Shown in pieces: positions 1 to 7,907 of a DNA stretch of 64,000 bases; the stretch's first letter is position 1, and every line of letters starts with the position of its first letter. Under the pieces are notes generated by a model. It was not told the origin of the DNA and searched no databases. It saw only the letters and a list, made by a program, of their open reading frames with translations. Location of the stretch: positions 27,516-91,515 of the forward strand of contig CACXRO010000014.1 of NCBI GenBank assembly GCA_902770045.1, given 5' to 3'. Position numbers and translations under genes: made by a program. This DNA is from an uncultured bacterium (lineage in GTDB: Bacteria > Verrucomicrobiota > Kiritimatiellia > RFP12 > UBA1067).

Positions 1-1646
1 AAGGTGAAGATGTTGCGGTTGAATCCTGAGGCCGGAAGGTGCCGGACGGGGTGCTCCAGCCCCTCTATGGCGAAATGCACCCCGTCGTCCCTGACGATCA
101 CCCTCACGCCGTCCCGCTCCGGCTTGACCGTGATCTCGGCATGCACGCGCCGGTCGTTCCCGTTTTTCCCGCGAATCTGATCCAAGGAAAGCGTCAGCGC
201 GTGGAGAATCTGCTGGACGGTTTCGCCGGGCGCCTCCCGGGAAAGGGACTTTTCAATCGAGGCGAGCAATTCGCGGCACGACGCCGGGTCCGAGGCGTCG
301 ACAGACCAGACGTGGGTCTTGCGCCTGGACTTGGCCGACTTCAGCGAGCGCAGCAGGGGGCGGATCTGGAGCACCGCGACTGCGATCGCCGGCCCGGCCG
401 CGATGGAGACCCAGACCCCGTTCATCCCCGATATCCTCCCGCCAAACGCAAAGAGCAGCGCGACGGGAACAATGAAGAACGCCAGCGACGTCAGCTTGAC
501 CGAGCGGCCGGGCCGTCCAATGTACTGGTAATGGGAATTGAGCATGTACGCAAGCGCATACCCGGTAAGACCCACGCACGTCCACCTCGCCGCATGGCTC
601 GCCTCGCTGACATGCTCCGGGCTGTCGATGCCCACCGCAGAGGCGATCAGATCTGGCGCGACAAACACGACGACGGTGAGGAAAAGGCCTTCCAGGACCG
701 ATATGCACGCGGCGAACCGCACCAGGCTGTTGATCCCCGCGGTATTGCCCTCCCCGTGGTAAACCGTCTCTATCGGCTGCAGGGCTATGCCGACGCCGTT
801 GAAAAACAGCGAGAGCCGGACCACGAAGAACGCCACCGTCGCGACCGGCAGCGTGTCGGGTCCCCACAGAAGGATGATGTACTTGGTGGCGACAAACAGC
901 AGGAGCGCCTGGAAAAGGCCGGACGATGCGTCCCCAAAGCTCAGCTGCAGCGAGCGCAAGAATTCATTCGGCAGGAATTTCGGCGTGAAACGCACCCCGC
1001 ATCTTCCGCGGCGGAAAAACCGCGGCAGGAGCATTGCGATGCCGGACAGATAGGCAGCCACCGTGCCGAGCGCGATTCCGCCCATGCCGAGTCTCGGCAG
1101 CCCCCACTTGCCGGCGCAGAGACCGTACGAAAGCACTATGTTCACGACAACCTGCACACAATAGGACACCGTACAGCTGACGGCGCCTCCGTCCGTGTAG
1201 ACAAGATACAGCAGCAGGAGGTCGATTGCCTCCAGAAAGACGACAAGAGGATACCAGTTCAGGTAGCCGAGCGCATATCCTGTAGTTTCGGCGTCAGACG
1301 CCATGAAGCCGACATAGAGTCCCTTGACGGCGAATACCATGACGCCAATGGCAAGGCCGAGCAGAACCGATGCGACAAGCCCCTGCCCCGCAAGGTTTGC
1401 CGCGCGTTCCCGCTGCATCCGCGCCATCGCGTCCGAATAGACGATCGACGTGCCGACCGCCAGCAGCCAGGTGAAGAAGCTCACGACCATGAATATCGGC
1501 ATGAGCATGTTCGCCGCGCCGAGCGCCTTCTCGCCGAGCATCTGCCCGGCGATCACGCCGTCGGACAGCACGAGGATGTACTCAGCGACGATCACCACCG
1601 TCGCGGCGCCGAGGAATCCGATGAACTTGCGGTTGGCAAATGTCAT
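1..1646 (-). CDS. MATE-like polytopic membrane transporter with a C-terminal soluble extension (HATPase/anti-sigma-kinase-like?); 3' end runs off the window
   Basis: Not in the ORF track because it is open at the left edge. Hand translation from ATG 1646: MTFANRKFIGFLGAATVVIVAEYILVLSDGVIAGQMLGEKALGAANMLMPIFMVVSFF..., with many hydrophobic segments. The tail reads ...ETVQQILHALTLSLDQIRGKNGNDRRVHAEITVKPERDGVRVIVRDDGVHF. A promoter motif lies 31 nt upstream. Confidence 0.6.
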   Translation of the reverse strand, partial: MTFANRKFIGFLGAATVVIVAEYILVLSDGVIAGQMLGEKALGAANMLMPIFMVVSFFTWLLAVGTSIVYSDAMARMQRERAANLAGQGLVASVLLGLAIGVMVFAVKGLYVGFMASDAETTGYALGYLNWYPLVVFLEAIDLLLLYLVYTDGGAVSCTVSYCVQVVVNIVLSYGLCAGKWGLPRLGMGGIALGTVAAYLSGIAMLLPRFFRRGRCGVRFTPKFLPNEFLRSLQLSFGDASSGLFQALLLFVATKYIILLWGPDTLPVATVAFFVVRLSLFFNGVGIALQPIETVYHGEGNTAGINSLVRFAACISVLEGLFLTVVVFVAPDLIASAVGIDSPEHVSEASHAARWTCVGLTGYALAYMLNSHYQYIGRPGRSVKLTSLAFFIVPVALLFAFGGRISGMNGVWVSIAAGPAIAVAVLQIRPLLRSLKSAKSRRKTHVWSVDASDPASCRELLASIEKSLSREAPGETVQQILHALTLSLDQIRGKNGNDRRVHAEITVKPERDGVRVIVRDDGVHFAIEGLEHPVRHLPASGFNRNIFT

Positions 1647-1677
1647 GCGACTTTCACGTTGTCAATTGTTTATGCGT

Positions 1678-1686
1678 ATTATACCA
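1678..1686 (-). promoter_or_regulatory. extended -10 element TGGTATAAT (minus strand)
   Basis: Minus strand reads ggaataTGGTATAATACgcata. It lies 31 nt upstream of ATG 1646. Confidence 0.6.
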
Positions 1687-1832
1687 TATTCCGCCGCGCA
1701 AACTGCCGACATTTGCCATTTGCACGATTAATTCTGCCGCGCTATCGCAGGATGAAAAGGTTGACCGGGTTCGGGGGCATCGTCGCCAACGGCGTGTAGC
1801 CGTAGCGATGCGGAATCTGCCGACCCTTTTTA

Positions 1833-2657
1833 CTACCTCTTTGCGCCCTTCAGGACTTCGACGAGCGAATTCTGCAGGAGCTCGTTGTGTTCCGGCAAGG
1901 TGTCGCCTTCGACGATGCGACTGCATTTGTCGCAGATCCCGCACAGGTTTTCGTACAAAGCCGACTTCTCCTTTGCCGAAGCAAGTGACGCGGTCATTGC
2001 CGCGACGCGACTGGCTTCGTCCGCCGCCGCGGCAGTTTCCTGGCTGCAGATGCTGTTCGTCGCCGCCGCGATTTCCGCCGCGGCTTTGCACTCCACCACC
2101 TCTACATGCTTGTTCCAACCCCAAAGCCTGCCCTTCTCGAGGCGCTCGACCGAGACCTGGCACGGGAAGGCGTTGGTGGCCGCAAAGGCGCGGAGCCGGA
2201 CAATCTGATTGGTGCGATGGGCGTAGACGGTGGTGAGGATCAGAAGCTCCCGGTCAAGCTGCTTGATTTCCTTCTGCTGTCCCGAGAGCATCCTTTCGCA
2301 AACAGACTTCCGCTCCTTCCAGATGCGGCGCCAGCACTTTGCATAGCCTTTCGGGTCTTTCCGCCGCGCCTCGTCCGTCCACTCCCAGGGCAGAATCTCG
2401 TTGCCCTGCTCCTTGAGCCACGCATGGATCTCCGGCTCCAGCCCAACCTCGGCGTCCGACCAATTCGCAGCCGGCTTCACGAGCAGCCGCACGCAGCTCG
2501 CCCTTTGCGCCTCCTCGAGGAACTGCGCAAGCGTCTGGTGCTGCGTCTCCTCCGGCGGCCATAGGCGCACCACCACCCGATAGGCCAGCGCCAGCACGAC
2601 CACCACCAACAGTGCCGCGCCAAACATCCCCGCCAACTCCTTCGCCTCCTTTTTCAT
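1833..2657 (-). CDS. hypothetical membrane-anchored protein (one N-terminal TM helix, coiled-coil-like remainder)
   Basis: 274-aa ORF. The N-terminus is MKKEAKELAGMFGAALLVVVVLALAYRVVV. I recognise no family motif. A promoter motif abuts the ATG. Confidence 0.5.
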   Translation of the reverse strand: MKKEAKELAGMFGAALLVVVVLALAYRVVVRLWPPEETQHQTLAQFLEEAQRASCVRLLVKPAANWSDAEVGLEPEIHAWLKEQGNEILPWEWTDEARRKDPKGYAKCWRRIWKERKSVCERMLSGQQKEIKQLDRELLILTTVYAHRTNQIVRLRAFAATNAFPCQVSVERLEKGRLWGWNKHVEVVECKAAAEIAAATNSICSQETAAAADEASRVAAMTASLASAKEKSALYENLCGICDKCSRIVEGDTLPEHNELLQNSLVEVLKGAKR

Positions 2658-2664
2658 GCCCGGT

Positions 2665-2673
2665 ATTATACCA
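2665..2673 (-). promoter_or_regulatory. extended -10 TGGTATAAT, 7 nt from the ATG (leaderless configuration)
   Basis: Minus strand reads ttttTGGTATAATACCGGGCATG, with the ATG at 2657. Confidence 0.6.
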
Positions 2674-2792
2674 AAAATTCAGGTCTGCGGACGGAGATCT
2701 CGCGAAAACCGCCGGCCGCAGGCCTGTCCGGGCTCTCTCAGCCGGATACTGCCTAATGGCACACTAGTATACGGCGGGGAGTGGGAGAACTG

Positions 2793-2835
2793 ACAGGAAA
2801 GTGTTTGAGTTGAGAGGGTTTGAGTTGGGAGGCGG
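2793..2835. repeat. direct repeat copy A (GAGTTG/CAACTC-rich) flanking the hipBA module
   Basis: acaggaaagtgtttgagttgagag at 2793-2816 is identical to 4476-4499. The following ggtttgagttgggagg is similar to 4510-4524. Confidence 0.8.
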
Positions 2836-2841
2836 ATAACG

Positions 2842-4037
2842 CTATGCTTCCAGCCGGCGCGCGATCGCCTCGGCAAGTTCGCCGCGGACACCGGCCTCGG
2901 ACGCGAAACGCAGCCAGTCGCGGACGGCGCCCCTCACTTCGTCAAGGACTGCGCGCGCACGGCGCTCGCGCATGTTGGCGAACGTCGCCAAGGCGAGGAT
3001 GTCCGCTTCCTCAATGCCGGTGCGCCCCATTCGCCGCGCCTATCCATCAGGTACGCGATGTTCTTCACGTGGTCGTCGCAGTTCCACGCGAGGACGTTGA
3101 ACGCCATGCGGCGGAATAGCTGCTCGTCCGCCCGCGCGTCGTTCACCACCTGCCGCGTGACGCGAAACGCCTGCTCGTAGGAATATCCGGACGGGTCGTT
3201 GAAATCCATGTGCGCCATCGCCCCCAGCGTCTGCGCATGCAGCTTGCCGCCGTCCGGAAGCCGGTCGAACCGCCGCGTCATGAAGTGCCGTCCGTCCCAG
3301 AGACGGCATTCCGTCATCTCTATCCCGGCGGCACGGGCCATGAGATGGTAGGCATACTCGACGCGGCCATAGCCCCACTTGTCGTCGCCCTCCCTGTCGC
3401 CGTTGCCCGCGATTCCGTCGAACTTGACGAGCCAGTAGCCGAATCCTCCGGGAAGCGCAATCTGGCCGGAGCGCACTTCCCCCGTCGCCTCGTTCCAGCC
3501 GATGAGCGCCTTCGCCCTGGCGCCGCCGGCGGAAGATCCGACCCTGAGGATGGAGGCGTACCGCTTCATGTCGGGGACGAGCCTGGCGACGGACTCGGTC
3601 CGCACCCTGAGCACCTCGGCAGCCAGTTCGGCAAGGGCGTCGACATGGAGTTCCTCCGACTTGTCCTCGTCATCGAACAATGCCGGCCTGTACTCAAGCG
3701 CCCCCATCCCGCGAACGCCGGTGTAGCAAAGGCGTTCAATCGGCGTGAGGCTTTCCGGCAGCCGCCCCTGCGCCTTCAGCCACGCACCGATCACTGCGTT
3801 GCCGAACTTGTCCGGAAGCGAATCGGACAGCATTCCCGGGAGCCCGTGGAACGAGACCTGGGGAAGCGCGGCAAAAGAATACGTTCCGGCGCCTACGGGC
3901 ATCATCAACGGCGACGGCTCGATGCCCGCAACAATAAACTCCCGGTCATATGCAAACGACGCCCAGGAAGATCCCTCGGTCCTTGACACGACGCCAATGC
4001 GCCGTCCCCAAAGATAGACTTCCGCCGCTTCGTTCAT
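2842..4037 (-). pseudogene. hipA: HipA-family Ser/Thr kinase toxin, disrupted near 3013-3030 (internal deletion/frameshift)
   Basis: ORF 2934..4037 has the HipA N-terminal domain and the catalytic CDDHVKN motif. The expected W-x-LAPAYD segment is truncated to EWGAPA. The C-terminal tail (GRTGIEEADILALA...WLRFASEAGV...) continues in another frame as ORF 2842..3030. Confidence 0.65.
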
Positions 4038-4369
4038 TGGTCAGTCCCCCACACTTTGGCCGCCGCGCGCCTCCGCCGTGCGCGCTTCGGCAATGTTCGC
4101 TTTGCGAGGATGTCCTGCGGCGACAACTGCACCTCCGGAAGCAGCGACTCAAAACCATCCGTCAGCGACAACGCGCCACAAACGGCAAAGAAAACATCAA
4201 GCCGAAGTCCTCCAGCACCAGCCTCAAGCCGCTCAAGTGATCGCTTGGACACTCCAGCTCGCTGCGATAGCTCTGCCTGCGTTATGTTGCGAGCAAGCCT
4301 GACTTGCGCGAAACGCCTACCCGCCTCGCGTAAAGCCTCGTCCACAGTCATTGCCACATTGAATTTCAC
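4034..4369 (-). CDS. hipB: HipB-like XRE-family HTH antitoxin
   Basis: Contains ...LARNITQAELSQRAGVSKRSLERLEAG. There is a 4-nt overlap with the hipA start. The track start 4369 is a GTG. An in-frame ATG at 4351 (MTVDEAL) is an alternative start. Confidence 0.7.
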   Translation of the reverse strand: MKFNVAMTVDEALREAGRRFAQVRLARNITQAELSQRAGVSKRSLERLEAGAGGLRLDVFFAVCGALSLTDGFESLLPEVQLSPQDILAKRTLPKRARRRRAAAKVWGTDQ

Positions 4370-4388
4370 AATTCTACCTTTCTGGCGA

Positions 4389-4394
4389 ATTATA
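4389..4394 (-). promoter_or_regulatory. -10 hexamer TATAAT (no TG extension), proximal hipB promoter candidate
   Basis: Minus strand reads aaGGTATAATtcgcc, 19 nt upstream of GTG 4369. Confidence 0.4.
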
Positions 4395-4429
4395 CCTTAG
4401 TTACGCCTATTACTCGCCAACAACTGCGT

Positions 4430-4438
4430 ATTATACCA
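4430..4438 (-). promoter_or_regulatory. extended -10 TGGTATAAT, distal hipB promoter candidate
   Basis: Minus strand reads gggttgTGGTATAATACgcag. Confidence 0.5.
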
Positions 4439-4475
4439 CAACCCTCCGCAGTTGCGCAAGGGGCACGAGCCGGTC

Positions 4476-4525
4476 ACAGGAAAGTGTTTGAGTTGAGAGC
4501 GTTTTGGGGGTTGAGTTGGGGGAGT
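4476..4525. repeat. direct repeat copy B flanking the hipBA module
   Basis: See copy A. A 24-nt identical core is followed by a related gttgagttggggg stretch. Confidence 0.8.
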
Positions 4526-4545
4526 CAATGGTTTGAGTTGCGTTC

Positions 4546-5346
4546 CTATATCCCTCTGAAGAATTCCAGCAATGTTTTGATGACCTTTTCAACTGGCTCG
4601 TCAATCCATGCGTAATCTGGATTCGCCAGCCTCTTCAGAAAGGTCTTGCTGGAGAATATCCGCCCGAGCCGCCGTTCGATGTCGAGGACATCGTTCTCGA
4701 GCATTCCTACGTCCTCGAAGATGCATATCCGAAGGTAATCTCCCAGCACCTTGGCATCCACGCGGCTGCAGAGGTAGTAAAGGTCGTACACATCCTTGTA
4801 CCGCGTAGAGACAACTCCAAGCTTGAGCAGGCTTTTCAGCTTCTCGACAAAAATCTGCTCCTTGGAATTGACAAGAAGAACCACGCCGACGTCGTTTGAA
4901 ACCACCTTGAACCTGAAGTCCACCTGCTCAATTAACTTGTTGCCATGTACACCGATGTCGACTTTTGTCCTTATCGATCTCCCCGCGTCATCGGTCAGGA
5001 CTATGTTTGCCCGCATTCCTTTGTATTCGCCCTGCCGCAATTCCTGGATTTCGCCTTCAATCCGGATCTCGCATCCGGCAACGCGGTTGAGGCGTTGCAC
5101 GAAGCGCCTGATGGACGCATCGCCAAGGGAATAGCCGAGGAAATCGAAATCCATGTCTATGGTGGCACGGCGCACTGCATCTGATATCCCGCTCATGACC
5201 ACACCGCCCTTAATCGTCACCTTGTCGTGGAATCCGGCATCCTCGATTGCCTTGAGAACTATGTCATGGGCAATCTTGGCTTCAGCCTTGCGTGGCGGAT
5301 ATCCGGCCGCCTTCAGCGTTGCGGCGATATCATTGAAATCCATCAA
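4546..5346 (-). CDS. AbiEii/AbiGii-family nucleotidyltransferase toxin (type IV TA / abortive infection)
   Basis: KIAHDIVLKAIEDAGFHDKVTIKGGVVMSG...TIDMDFDF matches the family's N-terminal KGGTAL...D.D pattern as I remember it. The gene is AT-richer than its surroundings. Confidence 0.65.
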   Translation of the reverse strand: MMDFNDIAATLKAAGYPPRKAEAKIAHDIVLKAIEDAGFHDKVTIKGGVVMSGISDAVRRATIDMDFDFLGYSLGDASIRRFVQRLNRVAGCEIRIEGEIQELRQGEYKGMRANIVLTDDAGRSIRTKVDIGVHGNKLIEQVDFRFKVVSNDVGVVLLVNSKEQIFVEKLKSLLKLGVVSTRYKDVYDLYYLCSRVDAKVLGDYLRICIFEDVGMLENDVLDIERRLGRIFSSKTFLKRLANPDYAWIDEPVEKVIKTLLEFFRGI

Positions 5347-5882
5347 AACACCTCGCTTTCGATAGTCCGCAATATAGACTCCTTTTTGGGGAACACATCA
5401 AGATAGTCCGTTAGCTTCGCGGGATAGAGCGTGTCCCTTATCCGGCGGAAGGACTCAATGACCTCCTTGTAGAGGTCATAAGGTAGCTTTGTCTTGTTTC
5501 TTGCCGTCTCTATAAGCAGTCTTTCCTTGTCGAAGATACGCGAAACATCGTCGTTCAAGAACTTATGGGAAACGACGCCAATCCCCACCGTCCCCTTGGG
5601 CAGAAAGTGCTGTACGACCCGCTCATCATAAATCTTCGCCGCGTCCCTATCCGTTGCAAGATGGAGCGCTTCTGGAACTGAATCAGAAAGGTCATAGTAA
5701 AAATATGCGCTTTGCAGCGTCACAACCGCGTTGGGATATCTAGCCAGCATGACTTCGACTTCCGACCATTCCGCCTGATCACTATAGAGGCCCAAGGCGA
5801 CCTTATGCAGTTCGCCATTGCGTATCAGAAGTTCTGCCCGATACCGTCCGCCGTATTTCTCACAGCATTCTGAGAAACTCAT
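5343..5882 (-). CDS. AbiEi-family antitoxin / transcriptional regulator
   Basis: The N-terminus ...LIRNGELHKVALGLYSD is typical of the AbiEi_4 wHTH. There is a 4-nt overlap with the toxin gene. The track start 5888 is a GTG, and I prefer ATG 5882 (MSFSECC). Confidence 0.55.
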   Translation of the reverse strand: MSFSECCEKYGGRYRAELLIRNGELHKVALGLYSDQAEWSEVEVMLARYPNAVVTLQSAYFYYDLSDSVPEALHLATDRDAAKIYDERVVQHFLPKGTVGIGVVSHKFLNDDVSRIFDKERLLIETARNKTKLPYDLYKEVIESFRRIRDTLYPAKLTDYLDVFPKKESILRTIESEVF

Positions 5883-5933
5883 CACCACTACATCGCCCTC
5901 CGCGTTTTCATATTTTTGCGTAGAATGGTGTGT

Positions 5934-5942
5934 ATTGTACCA
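5934..5942 (-). promoter_or_regulatory. extended -10 TGGTACAAT upstream of abiEi
   Basis: Minus strand reads ggtaggtaTGGTACAATACacac, about 51 nt upstream of ATG 5882. Confidence 0.45.
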
Positions 5943-6005
5943 TACCTACCCAATAAGTGTCAATCGGCGTCAGATTGGCGGGGATTGGACGTATATGAGC
6001 ATGGT

Positions 6006-7661
6006 ATGAAAACTGACAAGCATAGCAAGAGGAAGTTCGCACGGACGAGATTTCTCGCGGCGGTGGTGACGTCGTCGCCGGCGGTCGTATTCGTCTATTC
6101 GCCGCTACTGGCCGGGATGACCGTCGTCGGCATCGTTGTCCCCTTCGCGATGGGGCGCTTCATCGACGCGCTCGTGGGCGGCCTGCCGCCGGTTGCTCCG
6201 TTCGCGGTCCTCGCCGCGCTGCTGGCAGCCCGCGCCGTCCTGACGCCCTGCCTCCAGCGGTTCGCCATCTCCCGAGCCAGAATGGTAGAGCTGCGGCTTC
6301 AGGAGCGCGTCCTCGCCGCTGTCATGGACTTTCCTCCCGCCGAGCTTTCGCCGCTCGCCGACGGATCGCTCGTCGCCAAGTTGACGCGCGACGCGTATGC
6401 CGTTGGCGGGTTCGTGAGCGGACTCTACCCGCGGCTGCTGACCGCCGTCGTCACGATGGCTGCGGCCGGCATCGCGCTGCACTCGCGCTCGCCCGTGCTT
6501 TCCATTGCCTTCATGGCGTTCATACCGCTCGCAATTCTCCTCTTCGTCCCCTTCACGCGGCGCTTCGCCGCCAACGCCCATTCTGTGCGCAAAAAGAGCG
6601 ACGGCGCATTTGCCGCGCTCTTCGACTTCTTCCGCTCACTCCCCTTCCTGCGCACGCTCGACGCCGAGCGCCGCTTCGCCGAGGCGCCGCGGCAGTCGCT
6701 GCAGGAGCTCAAGGACGGCAACTGCGCGATGGACAGGCTGACGGTCGCGTTCGGCGCACTGCTCGGCGCTACCTTGGTCATGGGGGAAATCGCCGTCCTC
6801 GGCGTGGCCGGCGCGCTCGCCGCCAGGGGCGCGATTCCGGTCGGGGACGTCGTGGTCTACCAGATGCTGTTCCTCGCGGCGATGCAGTCCGTGCAGGGCA
6901 TCGTCTCGCTCCTGCCGGAGACCGCGGCGCTTCGCGAAGGCGTCGACTCGCTGGACGAAATTCTCGGCCGCGCGCCGCCGCGCCGCGGCGGACGCCGGAT
7001 CGACGCCGTGGAGAGCGTCGAGTTCCGCGGCGTCACGTTCGCCTACCCGGGCGCGGACGCAAAGCCAGTAGTCAAGGACTTCTCCGCCTCCTTCCGAGCC
7101 GGGAGAATCGTCGCGATAGTCGGCGCCAACGGCTCCGGGAAAACGACCCTGCTCAGGCTGGCAACCGCCGCGCTGGCGCCGCAGGCTGGCGAAATCCTCG
7201 TCAACGGCTCGCCCATCGCGGCACTCAACGAGGGGTTCTTCCGGCGAAGGCTCGGGATCGTCTTTCAGGACAGCCTGCTCGTCTCCGGCACGGTGCGCGA
7301 CAACATCACGTTGCGGGATCCCGACTTCACGGCAAGCGACATCGACGAGGCAATGACGCTGAGCGGGCTAAAGGAGGTAGTCGGACGGCTCCCGGACGGA
7401 CTCGACACGCGCGTCGGACTCAACGGGCAGTCCCTTTCGGGCGGGGAAATGCAGCGCCTCGCGATCGCCAGGGCGCTCATTCGCAGACCAGGCATCCTCG
7501 TCCTCGACGAAGTGACGAACCATCTCGACGCGGAGGCGCGCGCCGGTTTCGGGAAACTCCTGCGCCGGCTGGCGCCAGGACGCATAGTCCTCGTCGTCAG
7601 CCACGACCACGCCATAATCGAACTCTGCGACGAAAAAATTTCCTGTCAGATTCCCGGATAG
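6006..7661 (+). CDS. fused permease/ATPase ABC exporter (type I exporter fold); candidate peptide exporter of the graspetide cluster
   Basis: Walker A GANGSGKTT, signature LSGGEMQR and Walker B ILVLDE are present, with N-terminal TM helices. The start at ATG 6006 (MKTDKHSKRK) is preferred. In-frame ATG 5925 is also possible. Confidence 0.8.
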   Translation: MKTDKHSKRKFARTRFLAAVVTSSPAVVFVYSPLLAGMTVVGIVVPFAMGRFIDALVGGLPPVAPFAVLAALLAARAVLTPCLQRFAISRARMVELRLQERVLAAVMDFPPAELSPLADGSLVAKLTRDAYAVGGFVSGLYPRLLTAVVTMAAAGIALHSRSPVLSIAFMAFIPLAILLFVPFTRRFAANAHSVRKKSDGAFAALFDFFRSLPFLRTLDAERRFAEAPRQSLQELKDGNCAMDRLTVAFGALLGATLVMGEIAVLGVAGALAARGAIPVGDVVVYQMLFLAAMQSVQGIVSLLPETAALREGVDSLDEILGRAPPRRGGRRIDAVESVEFRGVTFAYPGADAKPVVKDFSASFRAGRIVAIVGANGSGKTTLLRLATAALAPQAGEILVNGSPIAALNEGFFRRRLGIVFQDSLLVSGTVRDNITLRDPDFTASDIDEAMTLSGLKEVVGRLPDGLDTRVGLNGQSLSGGEMQRLAIARALIRRPGILVLDEVTNHLDAEARAGFGKLLRRLAPGRIVLVVSHDHAIIELCDEKISCQIPG

Positions 7662-7735
7662 CCGTCCGTATACAAGAACGTAGCGGGCGAGTGTCCGCTG
7701 CATTGGTTAACCAAAACAAAAAGGAAACAACAAAA

Positions 7736-7837
7736 ATGACACCAAATGACATCGCGACCGATATCGCTGGGCTTGACCCAAACAAGCCGACCACGTACTT
7801 CACCTACACGTTTGAAAGGTTGGATGACGCACAATAA
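7736..7837 (+). CDS. candidate graspetide precursor peptide (33 aa): MTPNDIATDIAGLDPNKPTTYFTYTFERLDDAQ
   Basis: Too short for the ORF track. The RBS is aaAGGAAAcaacaaaaATG and the stop is TAA at 7835-7837. The C-terminal half is rich in Thr (x4) and Lys with Glu/Asp (x3). It lies 70 nt upstream of the ATP-grasp gene. Confidence 0.55.
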   Translation: MTPNDIATDIAGLDPNKPTTYFTYTFERLDDAQ

Positions 7838-7851
7838 TTAGTGCAAAACCC

Positions 7852-7881
7852 AATCGGGGCTGGCAATAGTCAGCCCCGATT
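7852..7881 (+). terminator. perfect 11-bp hairpin after the precursor ORF (attenuator or partial terminator candidate)
   Basis: aatcggggctg-gcaatagt-cagccccgatt. There is no clean U-tract, so it may be a processing or attenuation structure. Confidence 0.45.
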
Positions 7882-7907
7882 ATCTCAATCCTCACATAAT
7901 AAGATCC

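Noticed and set aside
39-1799. 586-aa plus-strand ORF covering the left end
   Set aside because: It is the antisense shadow of the MATE-like gene. Its composition is Arg/Asp/His/Pro/Gly-rich and low-complexity, with no motifs. The opposite strand gives a clean hydrophobic transporter with promoter motif and start codon.
2679-2891. 70-aa ORF with an LSTQTLSTQTLS repeat
   Set aside because: It is a translation of the GAGTTG-rich direct repeat in an intergenic region. It has no start context and overlaps the hipA tail.
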